DNA of 64,000 bases from positions 186,001-250,000 of the forward strand of contig CAIWCD010000013.1 of assembly GCA_903911145.1 (NCBI GenBank), in the 5' to 3' direction. The DNA is from an uncultured delta proteobacterium (GTDB taxonomy: Bacteria > Myxococcota > Myxococcia > Myxococcales > 40CM-4-68-19). The position numbers and the translations under genes are program-made. Each line of letters starts with the position of its first letter. Position 1 is the first letter of the stretch. The notes beneath the pieces are model-generated. The model ran no database searches, was not told the DNA's origin, and was given only the letters and a program-made list of their open reading frames with translations. Shown in pieces: positions 9,987 through 19,973 of this stretch.

Positions 9987-11897
9987 ATGACGACGGCGTC
10001 GCGTGCAGTTCGCCAGCACCTGCTGCTCTCGCTGCTTCCTCTCGCGGGCGCGATCGCGCTGGCTGCAGGGGGAGCGCGCGCAGACGATTCCAATCGAGTC
10101 GAGCTCAACCGGGTCGAGCTGAATGCGGCGCAGGCGCAATCCGAGTTGCCGCCACTGCCCGGCGAGCCGGCGCCAGCCGCCGCGACAACCGCAACGCAGC
10201 CCGCAGCAGACCTTCCGCCTCCGCCGCTCCCGGTCGATACTTCCCTCTTCGGACCTGGAGACAGCACCGGCTCGATCAATGCGCTCGGCAGCACGGGAGT
10301 AAGCGCGAGAGAGGCGGGCGAGGACGCCGTGCCAGCGAGCGCCAACTGCGCCGCAGGGATGGTGCCCATCATGAAGGAGGACGGAGAGCAGGCCGTCGAC
10401 GCCGACGGAAAGCCGTCGTGCAAGGCGCATCACCCGTTCATCAAGGGCGAACTGACCAACCTCGGCGCGACCAAACTCAAGCTCAAGGACAGCCGCTTTG
10501 GGATCGGCTTTGGATATACGCGCCTCGACGGTTCGAGCTATCTGCACGTCGAGCCGCAGGTCGACCTCGCCTTCGGCAAATTCTCCTTCGGCGTCGGCGT
10601 CCCGCTCAATGTCCGCGCTTATGCCAACGGATTCATCGACGGGGGCGGATTCCACCTGCGCTCGAATGACTTTTCCAGCCCCAGCGACTATGCGCGCATC
10701 GTCCGGTTCATTACCTACGGGGCGAAGGAAGATAACCTCTACCTGAATATCAGCCAGCTCTTCGCGGCCAGCATCGGGCACGGCAGCATCGTCCGCCGCT
10801 ATTCGGGAGAGATCGATCAGAACATCACGCGCGTCGGCGCGCAGCTTGATGCCTACGGCCGCTTCGGCGGATTCGAAGCCTTCATCGGCGACGTCGTCCA
10901 GCCGACGCATTTCATCAGCGGAATGGCGTTCGTCAAACCGCTCGGATTCCTCTCCGGGTCGCTCCTCGACACGCTCGGCCAGACTTCGCTCGGCGTATCG
11001 ACTGCGCTCGATCTGAATGCGCCCTATACACTGTCGCGCATTCCCGGAGGATATCCCCAGGTGGGAAACGACGGGGAACCGATGGTCGATAAGACGCGGA
11101 CCGCGCAGATTATCGGCGGCGATCTCGAGACGAAGATCCTCAAGACGGATTCGGTCGATCTGAAACCGTTCCTCGATTACTCGCGCATGCTGAATATCAC
11201 CGATGACAATCCAACCAGTCCCAAGACAATCAGCGGCGGAGGCGGCGCGACGGTGGGCATCCTCGGCCGGTTCAATATCGGCGACGTCAAGGTGCACGCC
11301 TTCCGCGTCATCGCCGAGGGACGATATTTCGACGGGAACTATCAGCCGGGATACTTCGACACCTTTTATGAGGTGCAGAAGTATCAATACATCACCAGCA
11401 GCGCGTCGATTGGATATGACCCGAAACTCAAGACCATCATGACGCGCGACCCGAGCCAGAAACGCGCCGGGTTCTATGCGGAGTTTGGATACCAGTTCAA
11501 TCAAGGCCTCGCGCTGATGCTGGCCTATGAGAATTCATACCAGGTCAGCGGCCCAGATACCGTCTGCCCACCGGCACCGCAGTTCTGCAACGACCCGAAC
11601 AAAGGGACGCAGAACCTGACCGTGCATATCGAATATCCCGTCTACTCCTGGTTCCAGTTCTTCGCCTCGTTCTACAAGCGCTCGTTCAGCGGTTCGCCGT
11701 TCAATTTCAACAATGGACTCGGCGATAACACGCTCATCTATGGCGCGGCCCGCCTGCATATCCTGCCCATTCTCTTCTTGAACGTTCGTTACTATCGCTC
11801 GTGGCAGGCCGATCCTGTGCTGGGCGAGATGAAGAACGTGCCTGGATTCGAGGCCGACCTCGAGTTTGGATATGAGTTCGATCGCAGCAAGAAGTAG
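9987..11897 (+). CDS. Secreted hypothetical protein, probable outer-membrane beta-barrel
   Basis: SD GAGGAG, Sec signal (...AAGGARA-DD), Pro/Ala-rich linker, aromatic-rich alternating beta-strands, C-terminal DLEFGYEF. Confidence 0.65.
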   Translation: MTTASRAVRQHLLLSLLPLAGAIALAAGGARADDSNRVELNRVELNAAQAQSELPPLPGEPAPAAATTATQPAADLPPPPLPVDTSLFGPGDSTGSINALGSTGVSAREAGEDAVPASANCAAGMVPIMKEDGEQAVDADGKPSCKAHHPFIKGELTNLGATKLKLKDSRFGIGFGYTRLDGSSYLHVEPQVDLAFGKFSFGVGVPLNVRAYANGFIDGGGFHLRSNDFSSPSDYARIVRFITYGAKEDNLYLNISQLFAASIGHGSIVRRYSGEIDQNITRVGAQLDAYGRFGGFEAFIGDVVQPTHFISGMAFVKPLGFLSGSLLDTLGQTSLGVSTALDLNAPYTLSRIPGGYPQVGNDGEPMVDKTRTAQIIGGDLETKILKTDSVDLKPFLDYSRMLNITDDNPTSPKTISGGGGATVGILGRFNIGDVKVHAFRVIAEGRYFDGNYQPGYFDTFYEVQKYQYITSSASIGYDPKLKTIMTRDPSQKRAGFYAEFGYQFNQGLALMLAYENSYQVSGPDTVCPPAPQFCNDPNKGTQNLTVHIEYPVYSWFQFFASFYKRSFSGSPFNFNNGLGDNTLIYGAARLHILPILFLNVRYYRSWQADPVLGEMKNVPGFEADLEFGYEFDRSKK

Positions 11898-11909
11898 CCT
11901 CTCCCTTCA

Positions 11910-12407
11910 TTGCTGGAGCAACGCTTGATCGACTCGCCCGCCGTCGTGCAGTTGCCCGCGCAATGCATCGCGGTGTTGCGCTTGACCACGCCCAGAACGG
12001 AGATCCGCAACGTCATGATGCCGGCGCGGAACGAACTATTCGCGGCGCTCAAGACGCAGGGAGTGGTTCCGCTCGGCGCTTGGTTCACGCATCACTTGCG
12101 AATGGACCCGGAACTCTTCGATCTGGAACTCGGCGTCCCTGTCGCAACGAGTATCGAGAGCACAGGGAGGGTGCGGGCAAGCCTGCGCCCCGCCATGCGC
12201 GCGGCCCGGACGGTCTATCGCGGTGGATATGAAGGCCTCGGCACCGCGTGGGGCGAGTTCGAGGATTGGATTGTCGCATCGAATCTGCGCAGCGCCCCCG
12301 ACCTCTGGGAGTGCTACGCGATAGGTCCGGAGTCCAGTGAACAACCGGGCGACTGGCGCACCGAATTCACGCGGCCGCTCCTCGATACTACGGTCGATAT
12401 CTCCTAA
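11910..12407 (+). CDS. GyrI-like small-molecule-binding domain protein
   Basis: 'PLGAWFTHH...FDLELGVPV...AARTVYRGGYEGLGTAW...WECY...WRTE' pattern; TTG start. Confidence 0.8.
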   Translation: MLEQRLIDSPAVVQLPAQCIAVLRLTTPRTEIRNVMMPARNELFAALKTQGVVPLGAWFTHHLRMDPELFDLELGVPVATSIESTGRVRASLRPAMRAARTVYRGGYEGLGTAWGEFEDWIVASNLRSAPDLWECYAIGPESSEQPGDWRTEFTRPLLDTTVDIS

Positions 12408-14956
12408 TCGCCGCGGCGCCGATGCAGGTCGATCACCGCCTCGATACTCGGCTTTGAATCGAGCGGCGGTATCACCCGCAGCGTCGGCACGACTGCGCGC
12501 AGCACGGGCGGCGGCGTCGACAAGCCGCCTGCATGGATCGCCAGGAGCGTATCGACGAAGGCTTTCTTGATCCGCGCCAGATCGCGCAAGGTCAGATCGC
12601 ACTCGTCGAACTGGTTGTCCTGCACCACGGTGGAAATGGCGTGCTCGACAATTGCGCCGAGTTTCTCCGCCGCCTCCTCGGGCGTACCTTCGATGGCAGC
12701 GGGAGCCGTGGCGACAACGATATCGCCAATCATCACCATCGCCGTCTCGCGGCTCTGCGGCTTGGGACCGATATATCGATAATCAGTTTCGTTCGGCGCA
12801 GGCTGTCCCATCCGCTCGGCGTCTGATCTGGCCTTGTGGAAGAAGTATCCAATCAGCCGCGTGCCGTGATGCTGCGAGATGAAATCGATGATGACGCCAG
12901 GAAGTCGGGCCTGCACGGCAAGCTGCACTCCGTCGGCAACGTGCCGGCGAATCAGCTCAGCACTGTTGAGCGGCGTGAGCGCATCGTGGCGATTCTCCGA
13001 CTTCTGGTTCTCGCCGAAGTAGAGCGGATTCTTGCCCTTGCCGATGTCGTGATAGTACGCGCCGACCCGCGCCAGGAGCGGGTTTGCGCCGATCTCTCGC
13101 GCCGCGGCCTCGACCATCGCGCCGAGAACGATGCTGTGATGATAGGTGCCCGGCGCCTGCACGATGAGGTCTTTCAAGACCGGGTGATTGAAGCTCGCGA
13201 GCATCAGCAGGCGGCTGTCCGTGACGGCGCCGAAGATCGATTCGCAGAGAGGCGCGAGCACCAGCACCAGCAGCGGAGTGAGGAGAGCGCCACCCACGAA
13301 CGCGCCCGCGACAGAGGCTGCAGTCTCGACTGTGAAGAGGCGCACCTGGATGAGCGCGAAGGCGGCCACCAGCGCCATCTGCGCTGCCGCGGTCCAGAGT
13401 CCGGCGCGAAAGACTGCGGCGCGGCTCCCGGCGTGACCGACACGATCAGCAGCGACGATGCCGACGACGAGGGCCGCGACCGCAGGCTGCAGTCCGCCGC
13501 CCGCGAGTACGCCGCAGAGGGGCGCGAACGCCGCCGTCCAGATCAGCGCAGCCTCGCTGAAGAGCAGATACCGCACCAGCATCGAGCCAGCGGCGAGAGG
13601 AATGAGCGCGGCGAGAAACTCGGCGACGATCTGGCTCTGCGGAGCGCGCAGGGAAAACATGTCGCGGAGCAGATCGTGCAGGCGATCGATGCCGGCGAGT
13701 GAGCCGCGCACGATGAGCAACTGGAGCACGAGCATCGTCGAGAGCAGCAGAATATCGCGGCTCCGCAGACGGAACTTGCGGACATTGCGGCGACCGAACG
13801 CGAAGAGCGCCGCGCAGACGAGCGCCGCGAAGAGCGCGCTGCCCCAGCGAACCTGCTCGGCGCCTGCGCTCTTGCCGGCCTCCCGCAGCGCGCGGAAGGC
13901 GAGCAGATGCTGCTTGGTGATCACCTCGCCGTCGCCGACGATCCGCTCGCCCTTCTTGATCTGGAGGATCACGTCGCGGACCGACGAGCGCTTCTCCTCG
14001 ATGCGGCGGCGCGTCTCGGCGTCGTCGTAGGCGAGGTTCGGGCGCAGTGCACGCCGCACGAGCTGCGATGCGGCCTTGCGCAACGCTGGAGGCAAATCGC
14101 TGAGCTGATCGGGAGCGAGCCGATCGACCTCGGCGCGCACCTGCGCGAGGTCTCCGATGCGATCGATGTCGCGCACCAGTTTCTCCGCGCCGCCCGAAGA
14201 GGAGAAGCCACGCGCATCTCCCGAGACAATGCGAACCGTGATCGCGCGCTCGCGATCGGCGTTGAGCAACTGCCTCTCCGCGACGGCATATCCAACCGAC
14301 ACCAGCCCCGCGAGGCGCACCGCCTCGTGCTCGACAGTCGCATCGAATCCCGCACGCGCGAGCTCGAGGTAATCCTCGTCGTCGATGACCTCCTGAAGCG
14401 CCTTGGTGAACTCGTCCTTGTCGGCCTCGAGTGCGCGCAGCAGCTCCGCCTCTTCGGGTAGCGCCTTGTGCTTGCCTGCCGTCGCGAGATGAGCGCGTTC
14501 CGCCTGTGCCGCCGCCACGCGAGCCGCCTTCGCCGCATTGCCAGCGAGCCAGCGTTCGATCGCTGCGCGCCCCTCTGCGAACGATGCGCCGATGCGCGCC
14601 TCGAGCACAGTCGCCGAGGTCGCGTCGAAGTCGTACACGGGCGAGACCGAACGCGCGGCCTCCTCCCGCTTCTGCGCCGTCGTCTCGGGATCGAGCACGT
14701 CGTAATCGCGGCTGGCCTTGATGGTGGCGGTCGCGAGCTGCCCAAGCTTGTCGTCGCCGGGGATCTCGGGAGTCAGCCGCGCGGGAGTCAGCACGAGCGC
14801 GGCGAGAACAACAACGAGCAATAGCAGCCAGAGCCCGAGCAGGCGCCGCACGCTGCGCACCCGCATCAGGCGCCGCCACCAGAGCGGCGCGCCGGGGACG
14901 CCAGCGAGCGAGTCGATCACCGCGCGCGTTGTCTCTGGATCGAAGGAGGAGGCCAT
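12404..14956 (-). CDS. 7TM-HD (HDIG) membrane phosphohydrolase, PgpH-like
   Basis: Extracellular domain plus ~7 TM helices plus APGTYHHS, ARVGAYYHDIGK, FGENQ, HVADG, QHHGT and RYIGPKPQSRETA motifs. Confidence 0.9.
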   Translation of the reverse strand: MASSFDPETTRAVIDSLAGVPGAPLWWRRLMRVRSVRRLLGLWLLLLVVVLAALVLTPARLTPEIPGDDKLGQLATATIKASRDYDVLDPETTAQKREEAARSVSPVYDFDATSATVLEARIGASFAEGRAAIERWLAGNAAKAARVAAAQAERAHLATAGKHKALPEEAELLRALEADKDEFTKALQEVIDDEDYLELARAGFDATVEHEAVRLAGLVSVGYAVAERQLLNADRERAITVRIVSGDARGFSSSGGAEKLVRDIDRIGDLAQVRAEVDRLAPDQLSDLPPALRKAASQLVRRALRPNLAYDDAETRRRIEEKRSSVRDVILQIKKGERIVGDGEVITKQHLLAFRALREAGKSAGAEQVRWGSALFAALVCAALFAFGRRNVRKFRLRSRDILLLSTMLVLQLLIVRGSLAGIDRLHDLLRDMFSLRAPQSQIVAEFLAALIPLAAGSMLVRYLLFSEAALIWTAAFAPLCGVLAGGGLQPAVAALVVGIVAADRVGHAGSRAAVFRAGLWTAAAQMALVAAFALIQVRLFTVETAASVAGAFVGGALLTPLLVLVLAPLCESIFGAVTDSRLLMLASFNHPVLKDLIVQAPGTYHHSIVLGAMVEAAAREIGANPLLARVGAYYHDIGKGKNPLYFGENQKSENRHDALTPLNSAELIRRHVADGVQLAVQARLPGVIIDFISQHHGTRLIGYFFHKARSDAERMGQPAPNETDYRYIGPKPQSRETAMVMIGDIVVATAPAAIEGTPEEAAEKLGAIVEHAISTVVQDNQFDECDLTLRDLARIKKAFVDTLLAIHAGGLSTPPPVLRAVVPTLRVIPPLDSKPSIEAVIDLHRRRGD

Positions 14957-15016
14957 GGGCGCGGGATAATCCGCCCGAAGAGAGAGCGTGCGCAAGCGAC
15001 GGCTGACCCATCTGCG

Positions 15017-16303
15017 TCAGCGCGCCCGAGACTCTGCTTGCAACTCTTCATTCAATGCGCGGGCGAGTGCGTTCAGTTCGCTCGGCGCGACATACGCCTG
15101 CGCAGCAACGCGAACGAGTCGCTTCTGCGCAGTCGGCCACGGGAAGACCGGCGCTTCTATCCGATGATTCGCCAGCAGACGCGATGCGAGCGGATCCCAG
15201 CCGATGAAGCGAGGATGCGGCTGCTCGCCCCTCGGCCGGTCCGGTAACGGAACCGATGCGAGCGCTCCAATCATCTCGGGCGGCGCGGGACGTTCGCACC
15301 CAACCGCCGCGCAGAGGAGCTTCTGCCCCTCGAGCGCGAGCGCGTGGTTGCGCTTCTGCAGTTCGTCGAGGCCTCCCGGAAAGAGTCCGCCGAGAAATTT
15401 GATCGCGCTCGGGATGCAGAGCCACGGCGTCGCGTCGACCGTCCCGACGAGATCCCAGAGCAGGCGGAAGCGCGAGCGATCGGTGCGCGTCGAGTTGAGC
15501 CCGTGGCCCAGTGTCCAGGGAAGGATCGCGGGAATCTCCAACGGCAACGATGAACGAAGATCGCTCACGACCGCTCCTGGCGCGGCCTTGCGCTGCTTGT
15601 CGCGGCGCACGTGGAGAAACGCGGAGCCCTTCGGCGTGCAGAGCCACTTGTGACAATTGCCCGTGTAGTACGCCGCAGAGATCGCATCAAGCGCGAGCGG
15701 AATCATGCCGGGAGCGTGCGCGCCATCGACGAGCACCTCGACGCCGCGCGCACCAAGAGCCCGGACGATCTCCGCGATGGGGAAGACGAGCCCGGTCGCC
15801 GAGGTGATGTGATCGATGAGCGCGAGGCGCGTGCGCGGCGTCGCCGCCGACAGGATTGCGGCGGTGACCTGCTCCGGCGTCGAGAGAGGAAACGGCACCT
15901 CGGCAACCACGATGCGAGCGCCCTGCTCGACTGCGAACTGCAGCGTGTTGCGGCAGGAGTTGTAGACGTGGTTGGTCGTGAGGATCTCGTCGCCGGGAGA
16001 AAACTGAAGCGAACGGATCACGCAGGCGACGCCGGTGCTCGCGTTCGGAACAAAGCAGAGATCGTCCGCGTCCGCGCCCAGCAAGGTCGCGAGCGCACTC
16101 CGCGATCCATCGAGCAGGCGTTCGAGGTCGCGAAAGAACTGGAGCGGCTGCCTCTCGAGCCGGGCCCGCAACGCGCTCTGCTCCTCGAGCACGACGCGCG
16201 GACAGGCTCCGAACGAGCCGTGATTGAGAAATCGCACGTCTGGATCGAGCGTCCAGTGCGCCCGCAGCGCGCGTGCCTCGTCGTCTGTTGGCAGCGTCAT
16301 CAC
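15017..16303 (-). CDS. Class V PLP aminotransferase-fold enzyme (isopenicillin N epimerase / cysteine desulfhydrase-like)
   Basis: LNHGSFGACP, DHITSATG, DGAHAPG and GNCHKWLCTPKG motifs. Confidence 0.88.
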   Translation of the reverse strand: MMTLPTDDEARALRAHWTLDPDVRFLNHGSFGACPRVVLEEQSALRARLERQPLQFFRDLERLLDGSRSALATLLGADADDLCFVPNASTGVACVIRSLQFSPGDEILTTNHVYNSCRNTLQFAVEQGARIVVAEVPFPLSTPEQVTAAILSAATPRTRLALIDHITSATGLVFPIAEIVRALGARGVEVLVDGAHAPGMIPLALDAISAAYYTGNCHKWLCTPKGSAFLHVRRDKQRKAAPGAVVSDLRSSLPLEIPAILPWTLGHGLNSTRTDRSRFRLLWDLVGTVDATPWLCIPSAIKFLGGLFPGGLDELQKRNHALALEGQKLLCAAVGCERPAPPEMIGALASVPLPDRPRGEQPHPRFIGWDPLASRLLANHRIEAPVFPWPTAQKRLVRVAAQAYVAPSELNALARALNEELQAESRAR

Positions 16304-17784
16304 CGCACCGCACCGCTTCGCAAACTCGCGAGCTCCTTCTCAAGCGCTGCCTCCGATTCGGGCCGCCGCTGCGTAGTGGGCAGCCCGCGCAGCACCTCGA
16401 GTTCCTCGCGCAGCACCGCATCGCGAGGCTTGCCATCCGCCGCGAGAATTCTGGCTTTCAGCGCGAGGATTCCGACGCGGCGCTGGCCTTTCGTCATGAG
16501 GGCCAGCGCGCGATCGACCGCTCCCAGAGCGGCCGGGAGCTTCATCTCCTCGAGCAGCACGCGCGCGAGCCGGGCGGGCGGATTGTAGTCCTGCGGCAGC
16601 TCCTTCTCGCGCGACGCGAGAAGTGCCTCTGCCTTCGCGGGCTCACCCAGCGCGAGATAACAGTCGGTCCGATGGGCATCGAAGGTTGCCGCTGTCTCGG
16701 CATCGGGAGCCATGCGGGCCGCCTCTTCGAGCAGCTGCGCGCGTCGGCGCTGCGTCGCCTGCGCCGCCGCGTCGTCGCCCGCGTCGTGCTGCAACGCGGA
16801 GAGAGACGACTGCACATCGCTGCGATCATCCACCGAGAACGGGATCGATGGATCATCAGTCCAGGCCTTGAGCCGCGCGGTCGCGCGCGCGATCAGCTCC
16901 TTCGCATCCTTGCCATCCTTGAGCGGCTGCGCGCAGCTCGCGATCGTCGCCGCGAAGTCCGCGCCGACGGAATTCCCCGGCATCGCATCGAGTTCCTCGA
17001 GGCCCAGCTTGATGCAGTCGATTGCCCCCTGCGTTCCACCGTGCGCGAGCGCACCCGCAAGCAGATCGAGGCGGCCCGCCCGCGCCCCGTCGCTCGCGAC
17101 CGTCAATTCCGCGGCCCGCCGGAATGCGCTCGCCGCCGCGGCATAGTCGCGCTTGATCGCCGCGAGGTCTCCCGCACGCTGCTGCTTTGCCGCCAGGCTT
17201 TCCGCCGGGCCGCCCCGCTTCGCCTGGTACGCCAGCACGCCCGCCTGCACGAATCCGCGCATCTCATTCGCCGAACCCGAGCCGAGCCAGCGCCCGAGGA
17301 TCTGCTCGTCGTCAGGATCGATGATCAGAAACGTTGGCAATCCCTCGGCGGGAAACGTCTCGACGAACCCGCGGTTCTTCTCCTGCTCCGTCTCGATCGA
17401 GAGCCAGACCACCGCGTCGTTCACCGCGCGCAGTCCAACATCGGGCAGCACAAACGCGCGCATCGAGAGGCAGGCATGGCACCAGGTGGCCCAACTATCG
17501 ACGAAGAGCGGCCGCTTGCTCGCCTTGGCCTCCGCGCGGGCGGCGGCATAGTCATCCTCGATAAACCGGATTCGCGAGGGCCAGCGCGAAGCGCGCGCAT
17601 CGGCCACGGGCGCGGCCTTCCCGATCGCCGAGCCTGTTGAGGCCGTCTCCGGAGCTGTGTGCGGCATCGTCAGCACCGGAGCCTGGGCACTGGTCGTCGC
17701 ACAGGCAGAGAAGAGAGACACCGCGCCCAGTGCGGCAGCGAGCGATCGCCCTGCGTGGCGCGTCACCATCGACTTGAGAAGCAT
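16300..17784 (-). CDS. Lipoprotein with thioredoxin-like CxxC domain and TPR-like helical region
   Basis: Lipobox LFSAC, 'KRPLFVDSWATWCHACLSM', 'GLPTFLIIDP', Ala/Leu-rich helical repeats. Start is ATG 17784 or 17769. Confidence 0.8.
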   Translation of the reverse strand: MLLKSMVTRHAGRSLAAALGAVSLFSACATTSAQAPVLTMPHTAPETASTGSAIGKAAPVADARASRWPSRIRFIEDDYAAARAEAKASKRPLFVDSWATWCHACLSMRAFVLPDVGLRAVNDAVVWLSIETEQEKNRGFVETFPAEGLPTFLIIDPDDEQILGRWLGSGSANEMRGFVQAGVLAYQAKRGGPAESLAAKQQRAGDLAAIKRDYAAAASAFRRAAELTVASDGARAGRLDLLAGALAHGGTQGAIDCIKLGLEELDAMPGNSVGADFAATIASCAQPLKDGKDAKELIARATARLKAWTDDPSIPFSVDDRSDVQSSLSALQHDAGDDAAAQATQRRRAQLLEEAARMAPDAETAATFDAHRTDCYLALGEPAKAEALLASREKELPQDYNPPARLARVLLEEMKLPAALGAVDRALALMTKGQRRVGILALKARILAADGKPRDAVLREELEVLRGLPTTQRRPESEAALEKELASLRSGAVR

Positions 17785-17837
17785 GTTCGAATCCGTTTCG
17801 CGGCACCCGACCAGATATGTTGAGTGCCAATCAAATT

Positions 17838-17861
17838 GCTTTGCATACCAATGATTGGTGT

Positions 17862-17868
<7 letters not shown>
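17838..17868. repeat. 31-bp imperfect palindrome overlapping the phoH stop; shares an exact 19-mer with 42471-42489
   Basis: GCTTTG-CAT-ACCAAT-G-ATTGGT-GTT-CAAAGC; AATGATTGGTGTTCAAAGC occurs at 17850-17868 and at 42471-42489. Confidence 0.8.
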
Positions 17869-18827
<959 letters not shown>

Positions 18828-18845
18828 TGATGCGCGCAACTCTAA

Positions 18846-19973
18846 TCAATCGAGCGGGGGCAGCAAGACAAACCCATTCGCGGACCGGCGATAGACGTAG
18901 GGCGCCGAGAATGGATAGCGAAGGTCGCACGCGTCGATGAGCCGTTCGTCGACGAGCTCCTGAAGCGTCGCCGGATATTCGCCGTGCTCGAGTTTGTGCA
19001 GCTCGAGCGCCGCCTCGAGACGCTGCTGCTGCGCGCGACCGATGAGCTGCCGGGCCGAGCTCGCGCCGGCCGAAGGATGCCTGACGACTGCTCCGGAAGA
19101 GGCGTCGCCGCACAATTGTCGAGAGATCGCGAACATGGCGCAGAAGCAAGCGACACCCACCGCGATGCGCAGCAGCCAGCCGCTGCGAGCCAGTGCTCGG
19201 CCGCCCGCAGCGAGATCCTTCATCGCGGAGAGGCCACCGCGCGCGGGAGCAACCAGCTCGAGATAGCCCCAGAAGATCAGCTCGTGCATCGAGCGCAGCG
19301 CTTCGAAATCTCCGAGGCGGGACAGGTCGGCGATCGATTGCAGCGCGCGGCCGGGCTCGGCGAGCTCGGCGATGCGCGTGTGATGCTCATTGAGCCGGGC
19401 GCCACTGCGCGCCGCGCTTCCATTCATCGACGGCAACGGCTTGATCAGCCGCAGCGTCGCCTCGCGCAACGGCAGCGCGGCCCGCACGGCCGGCCATTCG
19501 TCGCTCCGGCGAAATCCTTCGAGGAGAATCGCCTCTGCGCGAATCGGCTCGAACGGATGCCGCCCCGCCTCGACGTCGCCCTGGCTGAACTCGTAGGTGC
19601 CGCTCTTCCAATCGAAAAGTCGATACGCCGTCTCACTCGTCTGCAGTTGCGCCATCTGCACGAGATCCGCTTCGGCGATCGCGCCGAGGTCGACGAGGAT
19701 GTCGCCGAGCCTCTTGAGCGAGCGCTTCTGCTGCGAGAGCGCGTCCTCGAGAACCTGATCGGTGATGAGATTGGCGCGCACCAGCATCCTGCCGAGAAAT
19801 CGATCCGACTTGCGGCTCGCATCGGTCGCGCCGACAACGTTCCCGTCGATGAACCCGATCTCGACCTCATCGGCGCCGTTCTTCAAGACGAGCGTGCCGC
19901 TCTTCTGCTGGTTGCCGATCAGCTGAAGAATATCCGCGATGCTGAAATCTTTGAGCGTGCCGGAGAGCGCCAT
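18846..19973 (-). CDS. DUF4388 (PatA-N-like) protein with TM helix and C-terminal GspG-like segment
   Basis: MALSGTLKDFSIADILQLIG...KSGTL, 'LGRMLV', 'LGDILV', WKSGTYEF; after a TM helix 'LEAALELHKLEHGEYPATLQELV'. TAATG overlap with the upstream gene. Confidence 0.85.
   Translation of the reverse strand: MALSGTLKDFSIADILQLIGNQQKSGTLVLKNGADEVEIGFIDGNVVGATDASRKSDRFLGRMLVRANLITDQVLEDALSQQKRSLKRLGDILVDLGAIAEADLVQMAQLQTSETAYRLFDWKSGTYEFSQGDVEAGRHPFEPIRAEAILLEGFRRSDEWPAVRAALPLREATLRLIKPLPSMNGSAARSGARLNEHHTRIAELAEPGRALQSIADLSRLGDFEALRSMHELIFWGYLELVAPARGGLSAMKDLAAGGRALARSGWLLRIAVGVACFCAMFAISRQLCGDASSGAVVRHPSAGASSARQLIGRAQQQRLEAALELHKLEHGEYPATLQELVDERLIDACDLRYPFSAPYVYRRSANGFVLLPPLD

Noticed and set aside
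8877..11504. 875-aa minus-strand ORF
   Set aside because: Antisense shadow of the deaminase and barrel genes; no motifs, typical of high-GC DNA.
15017..16303. Beta-lactam biosynthesis (cefD)
   Set aside because: No pcbAB, pcbC or other cluster genes; this family is widespread outside antibiotic pathways.
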